Source of the DNA: Flavobacteriales bacterium
GTDB taxonomy: Bacteria; Bacteroidota; Bacteroidia; Flavobacteriales_D; CALLUQ01
Length of the DNA stretch: 64,000 nt
Reading direction: 5' to 3'
Assembly (NCBI GenBank): GCA_963669295.1
Contig: OY769938.1
Span: 1,625,086-1,689,085, forward strand
Part shown: positions 8,664 to 18,156 of the stretch, piece by piece
Position numbering within the stretch: position 1 is the stretch's first letter
Layout of the letters: every line of letters starts with the position of its first letter
Program-made: the position numbers and the translations under genes
The notes under the pieces: generated by a model
Seen by the model: the letters and a program-made list of their open reading frames with translations, nothing else
Database searches by the model: none
What the model was told of the DNA's origin: nothing

Positions 8664-8888
8664 CCCTGTTTAACGCTTTCTTTTTCATACACAACCCTCA
8701 ACAGCAACACGATCAAGGAGAATCGATGCAGTCCATCAGCATGCATCGTCATCCAGGAGGCAGACAACCCCGTTTCAATTGAATTGAATCGGGGTTGTTC
8801 CCTTTATCACGCCCCCTTTCCTTTTATCCTTTGTTCTCTTTTATTATCGCACGACAATATGTAACTTCATGCTTTTAATTATCAAGGC

Positions 8889-9338
8889 ATGGAAGAGGGG
8901 TTTATTAAGTACGACAATCCTAAGAAACAAGCTCGTTACGACAGGGCTTATCTCCGTATGGCAGAAGAGTGGGCAGAGCTTTCACACTGTCATCGCAAAC
9001 AAGTAGGTGCCCTTATTGTAAAAGAGGGCATGATCATTTCGGATGGATATAATGGTACTCCTTCGGGATTTGAAAACCCTTGCGAAGATGAAAATGGCGA
9101 TACCAAATGGTATGTACTGCATGCGGAAGCCAATGCCATTATGAAAGTAGCACGCTCTACCAATAATGCTCGCAATGCCACGTTATACCTTACCCTATCG
9201 CCCTGTCGCGAATGCAGCAAACTGGTGCATCAGGCAGGCATCAAACGATTGGTGTATAAGAACAAGTATAAAGACACTTCAGGCATTGAGTTTTTAAGTG
9301 AGGCAGGAGTGGAAGTAATACAAATGGAAGACATTTAA
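8889..9338 (+). CDS. dCMP deaminase (ComEB-like cytidine/deoxycytidylate deaminase)
   Basis: 149 aa with zinc motifs HAEANAI and PCRECSKLV. Confidence 0.9.
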   Translation: MEEGFIKYDNPKKQARYDRAYLRMAEEWAELSHCHRKQVGALIVKEGMIISDGYNGTPSGFENPCEDENGDTKWYVLHAEANAIMKVARSTNNARNATLYLTLSPCRECSKLVHQAGIKRLVYKNKYKDTSGIEFLSEAGVEVIQMEDI

Positions 9339-10933
9339 TGAACCAACGTCAACACCCCGGACGCTCAGCATACACCCCCATTCTTTTGGCAGTAATGTTA
9401 ATTGCCGGCATCTATATTGGAGCCAAATTAAACTATACCCCATCCATTATTGCTGATGCGGATCCCGATAATAAGATCAATCAAATTATTGGCTACATCG
9501 AAAAAGAATACGTAGATGTGGTCGACAAGAACGACTTAATCAATGCCACCATTCATACCATGCTACAAGAGCTTGATCCACACTCTTACTATATTTCTGC
9601 GGAAGAATTGCGGCAATACACCGAGCCATTAGAGGGGAACTTCGATGGCATTGGCGTAGAATTTATGATTCAACAAGATACGGTAGTGGTAGTTAATCCC
9701 ATTGCCGGTGGACCATCTGAAGAATTAGGCGTTAAAGCTGGCGACCGCATTGTGTTAGTAAATGGTGAAAGCATTGCCGGCATTGGCATTACCAACAGCG
9801 ATGTAATGGATAAACTGCGTGGTGAAAGTGGCACCTCGGTAGAGGTTGGCATGCTACGCCCAGGCAAAGAGGACCTTATTGATTTTAAAATTACACGCGG
9901 TAAAATTCCTATTCACAGTGTAGATGTTGCCATTATGGTAAGCGATAAGGTGGGATTCATTAAGGTAGCCCGCTTTGCCAAAACCACCCACGAAGAATTT
10001 GTAGAGGCAGCCTTAATGCTACGGGAACAGGGCATGGAAAAGTTGATTGTTGACCTCCGTGGTAATGGTGGTGGGTTTTTAGATGCTGCCATCCGCATGT
10101 GTGACGAATTTTTGGAAGATGGACGCATGATCGTATACACCGAGGGCAAAGCCAGTCCTAAACGAACATTTAATGCTACCGAGAGAGGGCTGTTGGAAGA
10201 AGTAGAAACAGTGGTACTCATCAACCAGGGCTCCGCTTCGGCCAGCGAAATTGTGGCTGGTGCATTACAAGATAACGACCGGGGCACCATCATTGGCCGA
10301 CGCTCGTTTGGAAAAGGGCTGGTACAAGAACACGTAGACCTGCCCGATAGCTCTGCCATGCGCCTCACTATTGCAAGGTATTATACCCCAACTGGTCGTA
10401 GCATCCAAAAGCCCTATGGCGATGGTATTGATTACCACAACGATTATTTCGATCGACTTGAAAATGGAGAGCTGGAAAGCGCTGACAGCGTGCAGTTCCC
10501 TGACTCTTTGAAATACACTACCGCAGCCGGTAAAACAGTATATGGCGGTGGCGGCATTATGCCCGATGTTTTTGTACCCATCGATACCGTAGGAGCATCG
10601 TTTTACCTGTCGGAGTTAAATTACGCTGGCATCATCAATGAATTTGCATTCTCGTATGTAGACCAACACCGCGACCAGCTAAATCGCTACAACAATGGAA
10701 TCGACTTCAAACAGCGGTTTGTGGTATCGAATTTATTGTTTGAAGAATTGATTGCTTTCGCAGAAGGGAAAGGAATAGAGCGCGACCCTTACGGCATCAA
10801 AACATCGGAGTTGGTAATCAAGCTTCGACTAAAAGCATTGATTGCCCGCAACATCTGGAACAACGAAGGGTATTTCCACATCATTCTCGACGACGACATT
10901 GTATTTGACCGGGCCATGAAACACTTTGAGTAG
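9338..10933 (+). CDS. S41 family C-terminal processing peptidase with PDZ domain
   Basis: 531 aa. FDGIGVEF, a PDZ segment GGPSEELGVKAGDRIVLVNGESI, LIVDLRGNGGG and the catalytic region GSASASEIVAGALQDN...GKG. Confidence 0.9.
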   Translation: MNQRQHPGRSAYTPILLAVMLIAGIYIGAKLNYTPSIIADADPDNKINQIIGYIEKEYVDVVDKNDLINATIHTMLQELDPHSYYISAEELRQYTEPLEGNFDGIGVEFMIQQDTVVVVNPIAGGPSEELGVKAGDRIVLVNGESIAGIGITNSDVMDKLRGESGTSVEVGMLRPGKEDLIDFKITRGKIPIHSVDVAIMVSDKVGFIKVARFAKTTHEEFVEAALMLREQGMEKLIVDLRGNGGGFLDAAIRMCDEFLEDGRMIVYTEGKASPKRTFNATERGLLEEVETVVLINQGSASASEIVAGALQDNDRGTIIGRRSFGKGLVQEHVDLPDSSAMRLTIARYYTPTGRSIQKPYGDGIDYHNDYFDRLENGELESADSVQFPDSLKYTTAAGKTVYGGGGIMPDVFVPIDTVGASFYLSELNYAGIINEFAFSYVDQHRDQLNRYNNGIDFKQRFVVSNLLFEELIAFAEGKGIERDPYGIKTSELVIKLRLKALIARNIWNNEGYFHIILDDDIVFDRAMKHFE

Positions 10934-10950
10934 TGTTCGTGTAAACGCAT

Positions 10951-10986
10951 AAAAAAAGGGACGCTGAGCGTCCCTTAATTTTTTCT
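10951..10986. terminator. Bidirectional rho-independent terminator between convergent genes
   Basis: aaaaaaa-GGGACGC-tga-GCGTCCC-ttaatttttt. A 7-bp GC stem (10958-10964 / 10968-10974) is flanked by an A-run and a T-run. Confidence 0.8.
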
Positions 10987-10998
10987 GGTAGAAGATGA

Positions 10999-11364
10999 CT
11001 ATGCTTCTTCTTCAGTGCCGTGATCATGGCCTTCGCCTTCTTCGTGATCATGACCTTCGCCTTCTTCAGATGCATGACAAGCATCAGAACACTCATGGCC
11101 TTTTTCGCCACATACAGTGTGACAAGCCTCAGGAGTACAGTTGTCGTTGCATACGTGCTCAGCAAGCTCAGCAGGAGCTTCTTCAGCAGCAGCTTCTTCA
11201 GCAGCAGCTTCTTCAACTACTTCTTCTTCAAGAGCATTGTCAAGCTCTTCCAACAATTCGTTGGCAGCTTCATCTACCATTGCTTCGGTGTTTTCTTCTC
11301 CACCACCGCAAGCAACCAATGATAACATACCTGCTACCATCAATAATGAAAATAATTTCTTCAT
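10999..11364 (-). CDS. Acidic lipoprotein with a His/Cys-rich C-terminal tail (putative metal-binding)
   Basis: I trimmed the start to the internal ATG at 11362-11364: MKKLFSLLMVAGMLSLVACGG, a lipobox. An E/A-rich linker follows, then HVCNDNCTPEACHTVCGEKGHECSDACHASEEGEGHDHEEGEGHDHGTEEEA, which holds 6 Cys and 8 His. Confidence 0.65.
   Translation of the reverse strand: MKKLFSLLMVAGMLSLVACGGGEENTEAMVDEAANELLEELDNALEEEVVEEAAAEEAAAEEAPAELAEHVCNDNCTPEACHTVCGEKGHECSDACHASEEGEGHDHEEGEGHDHGTEEEA
11020..11067 (-). repeat. 24-bp tandem duplication (2 copies, 1 mismatch) encoding GHDHEEGE twice
   Basis: gtgatcatggccttcgccttcttc / gtgatcatgaccttcgccttcttc. Nearby 15-bp cagcagcttcttcag-type repeats encode EEAAA. 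Confidence 0.85.
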
Positions 11365-11567
11365 TGCATTAAGTTTGATTAGTACTAATGTATTCGAATT
11401 CGGTGCAAAAGTACGAAATTTTACGAATTCCCTGCAATACACCGTAAAAGAGTCCCGTCCTGTCAGGCAGCTGACAAACGATGCGCGTGAAAAAAGCACA
11501 AGATTTTTAACCGCTGAAACAACGCAGATTTTAAATTGTTATCGCACATAAAAGTGGACAAAAATGA

Positions 11568-11582
11568 AGATAATTTTTATCT
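11568..11582. promoter_or_regulatory. Fur/PerR-like 7-1-7 inverted repeat in the divergent promoter region upstream of the superoxide dismutase gene
   Basis: AGATAAT-T-TTTATCT. The half-sites are 6/7 complementary and resemble the Fur 7-1-7 box TGATAATnATTATCA. It lies 74 nt upstream of the ATG at 11656. Confidence 0.35.
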
Positions 11583-11655
11583 TTGATTCGCTTATAATAA
11601 GCACTCATTTGTTTAACCGAACGACCTGCTTTGCAGGCCTAAAAATTAAAGAAAA

Positions 11656-12258
11656 ATGGCTTTTGAATTACCCAACTTACCCTATGCATACGATGCATTG
11701 GAACCACATATTGATGCCCGCACCATGGAAATTCACCATGGCAAACACCACGCAGGCTATACCAGTAAATTAAATGCTGCCATTGAGGGCACCGACATGG
11801 CTGGCAAATCAATAGAAGACTTGTGTGCCAACCACAGCAACGTTGGCGCGGTACGTAACAATGGTGGTGGTTATTACAACCACTGCTTGTTTTGGGAAGT
11901 AATGTCGCCCAACGGTGGCGGTACTCCTTCAGGTGCATTGGGCGATGCCATCAATGCTGCTTTTGGCTCTTTTGATGAGTTCAAGGCACAATTCTCAGCA
12001 GCAGCAGCCACTCGTTTTGGCTCTGGATGGGCATGGCTTTGTGTAAAAGATGGTGGTCTTGAAGTTTGCTCAACTCCTAACCAGGACAATCCATTGATGC
12101 CTGAAGCAGGGTGTGAGGGAACACCTATTTTAGGGCTTGATGTATGGGAGCATGCTTACTACTTAAACTACCAAAACAGACGCCCCGATTACATTGCTGC
12201 ATTCTTTAATGTAGTAAACTGGGAAGCGGTATCGGCACGTTACGACGCTGCTAAATAA
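11656..12258 (+). CDS. sod: Fe/Mn superoxide dismutase
   Basis: 200 aa with [32 protein letters not shown] and C-terminal [18 protein letters not shown]. Confidence 0.95.
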   Translation: MAFELPNLPYAYDALEPHIDARTMEIHHGKHHAGYTSKLNAAIEGTDMAGKSIEDLCANHSNVGAVRNNGGGYYNHCLFWEVMSPNGGGTPSGALGDAINAAFGSFDEFKAQFSAAAATRFGSGWAWLCVKDGGLEVCSTPNQDNPLMPEAGCEGTPILGLDVWEHAYYLNYQNRRPDYIAAFFNVVNWEAVSARYDAAK

Positions 12259-12290
12259 TTGATTCGCTAAAGCGAATTTAAACGCATGTA

Positions 12291-12335
12291 AAAGAGACGC
12301 CATGAAGCAATTTACCTTAAGGCGTCTCTTTTTTT
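12291..12335 (+). terminator. Intrinsic terminator-like hairpin after sod; its loop contains the ATG of the next gene
   Basis: aaaGAGACGCC-[19-nt loop atgaagcaatttaccttaa]-GGCGTCTCttttttt. The stem has 8 GC-rich bp plus A:U extension, followed by 7 T. Confidence 0.6.
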
Positions 12336-13498
12336 ATGGCCTGTTGTTGGTGGTTACTTTTGTGCTGTGTGAAGTAACCCTTTCTTTTTTTGTAACACAC
12401 GACGCCGATGGTAATGTGTGGTTTAAGCAACGGCTACTTCGCCCTTACCACTCTCCTATTGCCTCCGTACACCAAAATGTTGAAAAGTACCAAAGCTCCA
12501 ACACATCACTGGTGGCATACCACGCTCAACGAGGTTGGGCAAATCGTTCCAATTTTAAAAGTGAAGATGGCATGTTTTGTCATAACGAGCACGGCATGCG
12601 TGTGGCTTCGCAACAACAATACGAATACGCTAAGTCCGATGGTGTATTGCGCATTGCCCTATTGGGCGACTCGTACATCTATGGTGCCGAGGTGCCCTTC
12701 GAAAGCACTATCGGTTCCTTGTTAGAACAGGAATTAGGTGCTCAACAGCCCGTGGAAGTACTGAACTTTGGTGTAGGTGCATACGGCATGGATCAGGCAT
12801 TGATTACCTGGCGGGAGCTGGCAATAAAATTTTCTCCAGATGTGGTGGTATTTGGTTTTCAGCCTGAAAATGCTGGTAGAAATGTAAACCTTATTCGCGC
12901 ACTGTACAGTCGTAAAGAAGCCCTGCCATTTTTCAAGCCACGTTTTATTCTGGATCAAGGATTACAACTCATCAACAGTCCTACCCCCACCCCCGATTCG
13001 TTGGTGCAATGCTTGCGCAACCTTGCACAATGGCCACTCGCCCCACAAGAATGGCACTACCGCCCAGCTGACTACGAGCCAAACATTATGTATCAAAGCA
13101 ATACTATTGCTTTGGCGATGAGTTTTGTAGAAGAAAACAGGTTCAACATATACGACAACGAACGTGCGTTTTATGCCCTGGAAAAAGAGCCAGCACAATT
13201 AACCTTGAAAATTGTAAGCACCTTGCAACAAGAGGTTGAAGCTACCGGAGCCATCTTTCACATCCTACACCTGCCTCGCCAAACCGATGTTGATGCACGC
13301 ACCTATAATGAAGACTTTTCATATAAAGATTTGTGGCTCCAACTGCGCGATAATTCCGCATTTATCGAAACCGATTCTGTGCTGAACAATGCTGTAAAAG
13401 ACAAAGGGATAAACGCTTTATTTGCCCCGGGGCAGCATTATTCGCATGTTGGCAATGCCGTGGTGGCACATGCATTGGCACGGGCGCTAACACAATAA
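12302..13498 (+). CDS. Membrane-anchored SGNH/GDSL-type hydrolase
   Basis: 398 aa with an N-terminal anchor MKQFTLRRLFFYGLLLVVTFVL and block I IALLGDSYIYG. Confidence 0.6.
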   Translation: MKQFTLRRLFFYGLLLVVTFVLCEVTLSFFVTHDADGNVWFKQRLLRPYHSPIASVHQNVEKYQSSNTSLVAYHAQRGWANRSNFKSEDGMFCHNEHGMRVASQQQYEYAKSDGVLRIALLGDSYIYGAEVPFESTIGSLLEQELGAQQPVEVLNFGVGAYGMDQALITWRELAIKFSPDVVVFGFQPENAGRNVNLIRALYSRKEALPFFKPRFILDQGLQLINSPTPTPDSLVQCLRNLAQWPLAPQEWHYRPADYEPNIMYQSNTIALAMSFVEENRFNIYDNERAFYALEKEPAQLTLKIVSTLQQEVEATGAIFHILHLPRQTDVDARTYNEDFSYKDLWLQLRDNSAFIETDSVLNNAVKDKGINALFAPGQHYSHVGNAVVAHALARALTQ

Positions 13499-13546
13499 AT
13501 GACCTGCCCTTGCTTTATTTCATCAATTAAATGAATCTTTGTAGTA

Positions 13547-14017
13547 GTGAACGGCTGCTTTAAATACACATTGCTATTGCTAGGCTTGTTGCCTGGCTAT
13601 ATTGGCTATGGGCAATGCCAGCAAGCCACCATCGATACTGTGTTGGTTAATAGCTATCTGGCTGCCGAATACGATGTGATTATCGTTCATGCAACACCTC
13701 GAAATGCCAGGACCGTAAAATTTCAATGGATCAGGCCAAATCGATTGGTGCCACTGGCAGTAAATGGAATAAAAAAACACGCTGGAGAAAACAAACGTCT
13801 CGTTGCATCGGCACTCACCATTGCTCTGGGGCCTTTTGGTGCGCACCGCTTGTACCTTGGCACCGAACCCGAAGTCCCCGTGGCATATACACTAACCCTT
13901 GGCGGTGGGTTGGGCATACTACCAGTCATCGACCTTGGGCATATTTTGTTCACCAAAGATTTATCGCGCTACGAAAACAATGTGCACGTATTCATGTGGG
14001 GAAATAAAGGGAAATGA
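13547..14017 (+). CDS. TM2 domain-containing membrane protein
   Basis: 156 aa. ALTIALGPFGAHRLYLG...AYTLTLGGGLGILPVIDL matches the TM2 pattern. Confidence 0.65.
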   Translation: MNGCFKYTLLLLGLLPGYIGYGQCQQATIDTVLVNSYLAAEYDVIIVHATPRNARTVKFQWIRPNRLVPLAVNGIKKHAGENKRLVASALTIALGPFGAHRLYLGTEPEVPVAYTLTLGGGLGILPVIDLGHILFTKDLSRYENNVHVFMWGNKGK

Positions 14018-14018
14018 T

Positions 14019-15860
14019 TTACTCTACCGTTACTGATTTCGCCAGGTTACGAGGTTGATCTACATTACAGCCACGCATCACAGCAATGTGATAGGAGAGC
14101 AATTGCATGGGCACTACCGATAATAATGGCACCAAACAGTCGTCGGTTTCAGGAATCTCAATGGTATGATCTGCCAACCCATCCACTACTTTGTCGCCAT
14201 GGTTCACTACAGCAATGATCTTACCCTTACGTGCCTTCACTTCTTGAATGTTACTCACTACCTTGTCGTAAGAAGCACCTTGTGTAGCAATAACAAACAC
14301 AGGCATGTTTTCATCAATCAAAGCAATAGGGCCATGTTTCATCTCTGCCGCTGGGTAACCCTCAGCGTGGATGTATGAAATTTCTTTCAATTTCAAAGCT
14401 CCTTCGAGTGCCACAGGATAGCTATAGCCACGGCCAAGGTATAACGCATTGGTTGCGTCTTTATAAATGTCGGCAATGTATTCGATCTGCGAATTGTAGG
14501 TCAATACTTCTTCTACCTTTTCAGGGATGGCATCCAACTCGCATAAGATGCGGTGAAATTTCGATTGAGAAAGGGCTCCGCGATGACGTGCGGTCATCAA
14601 TGCCATTAAGGTGAGTACCGTTACCTGAGCCGTAAATGCTTTGGTCGAAGCCACGCCAATTTCAGGGCCTGCATGCGTATAAGAACCTGCATCCGTTACC
14701 CTCGCTATGGTAGAGCCTACCACATTGCATACACCAATAATAGTAGCTCCCTTCGACTTGGCCAATTCAATGGCTGCTAAGGTATCAGCTGTTTCTCCCG
14801 ATTGAGAAATGGCGATCACAATGTCGTTTTCGTCAATGATTGGGTTGCGGTAGCGAAACTCTGATGCATACTCTACTTCAACTGGAATACGGGCCAAATC
14901 TTCAAACAGGTATTCGCCCACCAACCCGGCATAATACGAAGTACCACAAGCCACAAAGATGATGCGCTTGGCATTGATGAATTTCTGCTCGTAATCTTTT
15001 ATGCCTCCCAACGAAACAATGCCTTTTGATAGGTTTAACCTACCACGCATACAATCGCGAATAGAACGTGATTGTTCGTTGATTTCCTTGAGCATAAAGT
15101 GATCATACCCTCCTTTTTCTAACGCCTCTAGTTGCAATTCTAACTCTTGTATATAAGGGGTTTTCTCTTTGTTTTTGATGGTCTTGATCTTCAATCCACT
15201 TTCCAGGTTCACCACTGCAATTTCTTCATCCTCCATGTACACCACGTTTTTGGTGTACTCTACAATAGGGGTAGCATCTGAAGCCAGGTAATATTCATTT
15301 TCTCCAATACCAATCACCAAAGGACTGCTCTTTTTTGCAGCTATCAGTTGATTGGGGTGGTCTTTTGAGAGAATAACAATGGCATAAGCACCCACCACTT
15401 CATTCAAGGCAATACGAACGGCTTCGGTTAAGTCTACCTTTTCGTTCTCTTGAATCTCTTCTATAAGGTGAATCAATACCTCGGTATCGGTATCGCTGTT
15501 AAATGTATGCCCACGTTTGGTCAGCTCCTCCTTAAGGGGAGCGTAGTTCTCTATAATACCATTGTGAATAATGGTCAACTTGTTTGATCCTGAAGTGTGC
15601 GGGTGGGCATTCTCGTCGTTGGGTGGCCCATGAGTAGCCCAACGGGTATGACCTATGCCTATCGAACCCGATGTGCTTTTGTTACCAATAAAACTTTCAA
15701 GGTCGGATACTTTTCCCTTGCATTTGTAAAGGTTGATGTCGTTATCCTCTAAAATGGCTACTCCAGCACTGTCGTACCCACGGTACTCCAACCGTCGTAA
15801 GCCCTTAATTAAAAGTGGGTATACTTCTTTCTGACCCACATAGGCAACAATTCCACACAT
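14019..15860 (-). CDS. glmS: Glutamine--fructose-6-phosphate aminotransferase
   Basis: 613 aa with N-terminal MCGIVAYVG (catalytic Cys2), SIS domains and C-terminal NLAKSVTVE. Confidence 0.97.
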   Translation of the reverse strand: MCGIVAYVGQKEVYPLLIKGLRRLEYRGYDSAGVAILEDNDINLYKCKGKVSDLESFIGNKSTSGSIGIGHTRWATHGPPNDENAHPHTSGSNKLTIIHNGIIENYAPLKEELTKRGHTFNSDTDTEVLIHLIEEIQENEKVDLTEAVRIALNEVVGAYAIVILSKDHPNQLIAAKKSSPLVIGIGENEYYLASDATPIVEYTKNVVYMEDEEIAVVNLESGLKIKTIKNKEKTPYIQELELQLEALEKGGYDHFMLKEINEQSRSIRDCMRGRLNLSKGIVSLGGIKDYEQKFINAKRIIFVACGTSYYAGLVGEYLFEDLARIPVEVEYASEFRYRNPIIDENDIVIAISQSGETADTLAAIELAKSKGATIIGVCNVVGSTIARVTDAGSYTHAGPEIGVASTKAFTAQVTVLTLMALMTARHRGALSQSKFHRILCELDAIPEKVEEVLTYNSQIEYIADIYKDATNALYLGRGYSYPVALEGALKLKEISYIHAEGYPAAEMKHGPIALIDENMPVFVIATQGASYDKVVSNIQEVKARKGKIIAVVNHGDKVVDGLADHTIEIPETDDCLVPLLSVVPMQLLSYHIAVMRGCNVDQPRNLAKSVTVE

Positions 15861-15863
15861 GTA

Positions 15864-17216
15864 TTAGTATTTTGAATAAGTTAACTCCAGCCTTAGTTTT
15901 TCAGTGGCCATGCTTTGTAGTCCGTTGATAACAACACGATTAGCACTTACTCCCGAAAGACCAGCTACAATATACAAACCATTGTCTTCCGTTTGACCGG
16001 TTAACAATTCGGTAATGTGTCGCGTTACTTTAATTCGGTACTCGGTGCCGTCTGCACTCAAATAACCATCAACGTGTAAGTCGCCTTCAAACTGATCGGC
16101 AATAAACACCTCTTGTCCGGCCGAGTCTACGCCTAGAATGAATAGGCGCTCAGGGGGCAAGTAGGTGGTTGTGCTACCACTGGCAATAGGAAATACCAGT
16201 TCTGCTTTATTGATAGCAATGTTCCCCGAGTCTACATAATTTTTGATGTAAGGAAACCAAATTTTGGTCTTTACTCCTGCCGCAGCCTGAACATATACCG
16301 ACTGATTTCCTTGTGTTGTATCGGAGAATTGATTGGCAATGTTTGTTCCGGTATAAGTGTGTGTAAAATGATTGAACCGTGCTGAGCTGCTATTAATAGT
16401 AAAGTCAAAGCTCAACGTGTCCTGGTTTGCAGTATCGCGGTAATATACCGTCATCTTCGATTCGGTATGCATCAAATCGAGGTATAAAACACCTCCACTG
16501 CCCGGTAAAAGAGAAGTTGGGGTAGCGGTAAGGTGTAATCCTTTGAAAAATTCGACAAAGGCCTCGCTGCTGGCATATGAACCGGTACCTGCTTCGTTGA
16601 AAAAGATCTCTTCCCCAAACGACTCCTTCAATCGCAATCGCAAATGCGGAAGTACCGAATCGTTTCCAACAGGCACATAATCGGTTTTATTGGGGGTAAT
16701 AACATTGAACCCTGGTTTAGCAAGGTTATCGGCATCAAAAGCCACATGCTGATTTGAATAATAGGGCGAATCCACTACAAAATCTTCAGTAACACGATAT
16801 ACTGAAAACGATTGTTCATCCAGGTTGCCATAATGGTCTTCATCATACACTAACGACAACACTACCGAGTCCATCACTAAATCGTTAACATTTAACCCGG
16901 TTAATGGGTCAACTGCCGAAAGGCGAATGTGTGTGTACATTTCTGTGCCTACCACTCCAAATTCAGGGTCCTGGTAACTGCCCAATAAGCTTAAAGAAAG
17001 TTCGTCGGTTCGAATGGAGTCCTCCATCACGGCAAAGGCCACAACAGTAGTCGTGTCGACCACCACTACATTTAAGTTGTCTTCTTCCGGTTGCACCTGA
17101 AGCCCAATGTCTTCTTCGGGTTTTTCGCAACTCGACACTAAAAATAAACCGCTCAATAAAAAGATAGCGGTCCAAGAGGACCGCGCTCTAAAAAATAAAC
17201 TCGATATTTTTTTCAT
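15864..17216 (-). CDS. DUF4270-like lipoprotein (conserved Bacteroidota neighbour of glmS)
   Basis: I trimmed the start to ATG 17214-17216 (MKKISSLFF...LVSSCEKPEE), which removes the overlap with the upstream gene. The position between glycogen synthase and glmS matches known synteny. The family call is from memory. Confidence 0.6.
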   Translation of the reverse strand: MKKISSLFFRARSSWTAIFLLSGLFLVSSCEKPEEDIGLQVQPEEDNLNVVVVDTTTVVAFAVMEDSIRTDELSLSLLGSYQDPEFGVVGTEMYTHIRLSAVDPLTGLNVNDLVMDSVVLSLVYDEDHYGNLDEQSFSVYRVTEDFVVDSPYYSNQHVAFDADNLAKPGFNVITPNKTDYVPVGNDSVLPHLRLRLKESFGEEIFFNEAGTGSYASSEAFVEFFKGLHLTATPTSLLPGSGGVLYLDLMHTESKMTVYYRDTANQDTLSFDFTINSSSARFNHFTHTYTGTNIANQFSDTTQGNQSVYVQAAAGVKTKIWFPYIKNYVDSGNIAINKAELVFPIASGSTTTYLPPERLFILGVDSAGQEVFIADQFEGDLHVDGYLSADGTEYRIKVTRHITELLTGQTEDNGLYIVAGLSGVSANRVVINGLQSMATEKLRLELTYSKY

Positions 17217-17220
17217 TCCA

Positions 17221-18045
17221 TTAATCCGCCAAAACAGAGTTCTCTTCCAGCACTGAATCGTAAAAGTCTGAATATGCTTGAATGTAATCTTCAGCATGAT
17301 ACTCTAATAACGGTTTGTTAAGTTCATTAACGTATGCTGTTACCTTTTCATCAGCGTTTTTGCTTCCGCAAATTGCTGCATCAGCATACTTTACTGCTAT
17401 CTTATTCAAGTTTAGCAAGTCTGGTGTTTTCAGCAACTCAACATCGCCTTCAGCAAACCCGTCCATTGTTAACTTGTCTGTAATTTTATCGTCCAATGTG
17501 CCATCAAATCCGCCATCATACGTAGAGTAGATCACTTTTGCTTCTGCAAAGTGTGGATCGTCAGCATATTGATTTTTAATGTACAACGGCATTAACCCGG
17601 TTAACCATCCATGGCAGTGGATGATGTCGGGAGCCCATCCCAATTTCTTCACCGTTTCCAATACTCCCTTGCAGAAAAACATGGAACGCTCACCGTTGTC
17701 TTCAAAGAACTTGCCTTTATCGTCAGAAAGAACGGCTTTTCTTTGAAAATATTCTTCATTGTCAATAAAATATACTTGCATGCGTGCAGTAGGGATCGAC
17801 GCCACCTTAATAATCAATGGATGGTCAGTGTCGTCAATGATTAAATTCATCCCTGAAAGACGAATTACTTCATGCAATTGATGTCTTCTTTCATTGATGC
17901 ACCCGTACTTAGGCATAAATACTCTAATTTCTTTCCCTAAGTCATTGATTCCTTGCGGAAGTTCTCTACTGGTCTTCGAAATCTCGGTTTCGGGAAGAAA
18001 AGGCATCGTTTCTTGAGAAACAAAAAGTACTCTTGCTTTTTTCAT
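17221..18045 (-). CDS. Short glycogen/starch synthase-like protein (GT5 catalytic-domain type)
   Basis: 274 aa: MKKARVLFVSQETMPFLPETEISKTSRELPQ...IIHCHGWLTGLMPLY. Confidence 0.75.
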   Translation of the reverse strand: MKKARVLFVSQETMPFLPETEISKTSRELPQGINDLGKEIRVFMPKYGCINERRHQLHEVIRLSGMNLIIDDTDHPLIIKVASIPTARMQVYFIDNEEYFQRKAVLSDDKGKFFEDNGERSMFFCKGVLETVKKLGWAPDIIHCHGWLTGLMPLYIKNQYADDPHFAEAKVIYSTYDGGFDGTLDDKITDKLTMDGFAEGDVELLKTPDLLNLNKIAVKYADAAICGSKNADEKVTAYVNELNKPLLEYHAEDYIQAYSDFYDSVLEENSVLAD

Positions 18046-18074
18046 ATAGATATAGAGGTTTTAAAAAAGTGGTA

Positions 18075-18082
18075 CAAAAATA
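18075..18082 (-). promoter_or_regulatory. Bacteroidota -7 box (TATTTTTG on the minus strand) for the glycogen synthase-DUF4270-glmS operon
   Basis: Perfect TAnnTTTG, about 30 nt upstream of the start at 18045. Confidence 0.4.
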
Positions 18083-18115
18083 TAAAAAAATATGCTGAAC
18101 TTCAACATTAAAACC

Positions 18116-18123
18116 TAGCTTTG
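18116..18123 (+). promoter_or_regulatory. Bacteroidota -7 box (TAGCTTTG) for panCD
   Basis: Perfect TAnnTTTG, 34 nt upstream of the panC start. Confidence 0.4.
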
Positions 18124-18156
18124 TCCTGAAAAACAAGCATTTTACTGTCTTTTCAA

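Noticed and set aside
10881-11551. Four further overlapping ORFs (10881-11216 -, 10995-11372 +, 11020-11322 +, 11141-11551 +) and the 166-aa extended version of 10999-11499
   Set aside because: They are alternative-frame or antisense readings of low-complexity GAA/GCA repeats. Only the minus frame starting at the lipoprotein signal MKKLFSLLMVAGMLSLVACGG (11364) makes biological sense.
15861-15863. Possibility of a glmS ribozyme or leader upstream of glmS
   Set aside because: glmS starts 3 nt after the stop of the DUF4270-like gene, so there is no room for a leader. The ribozyme is also a Gram-positive feature.
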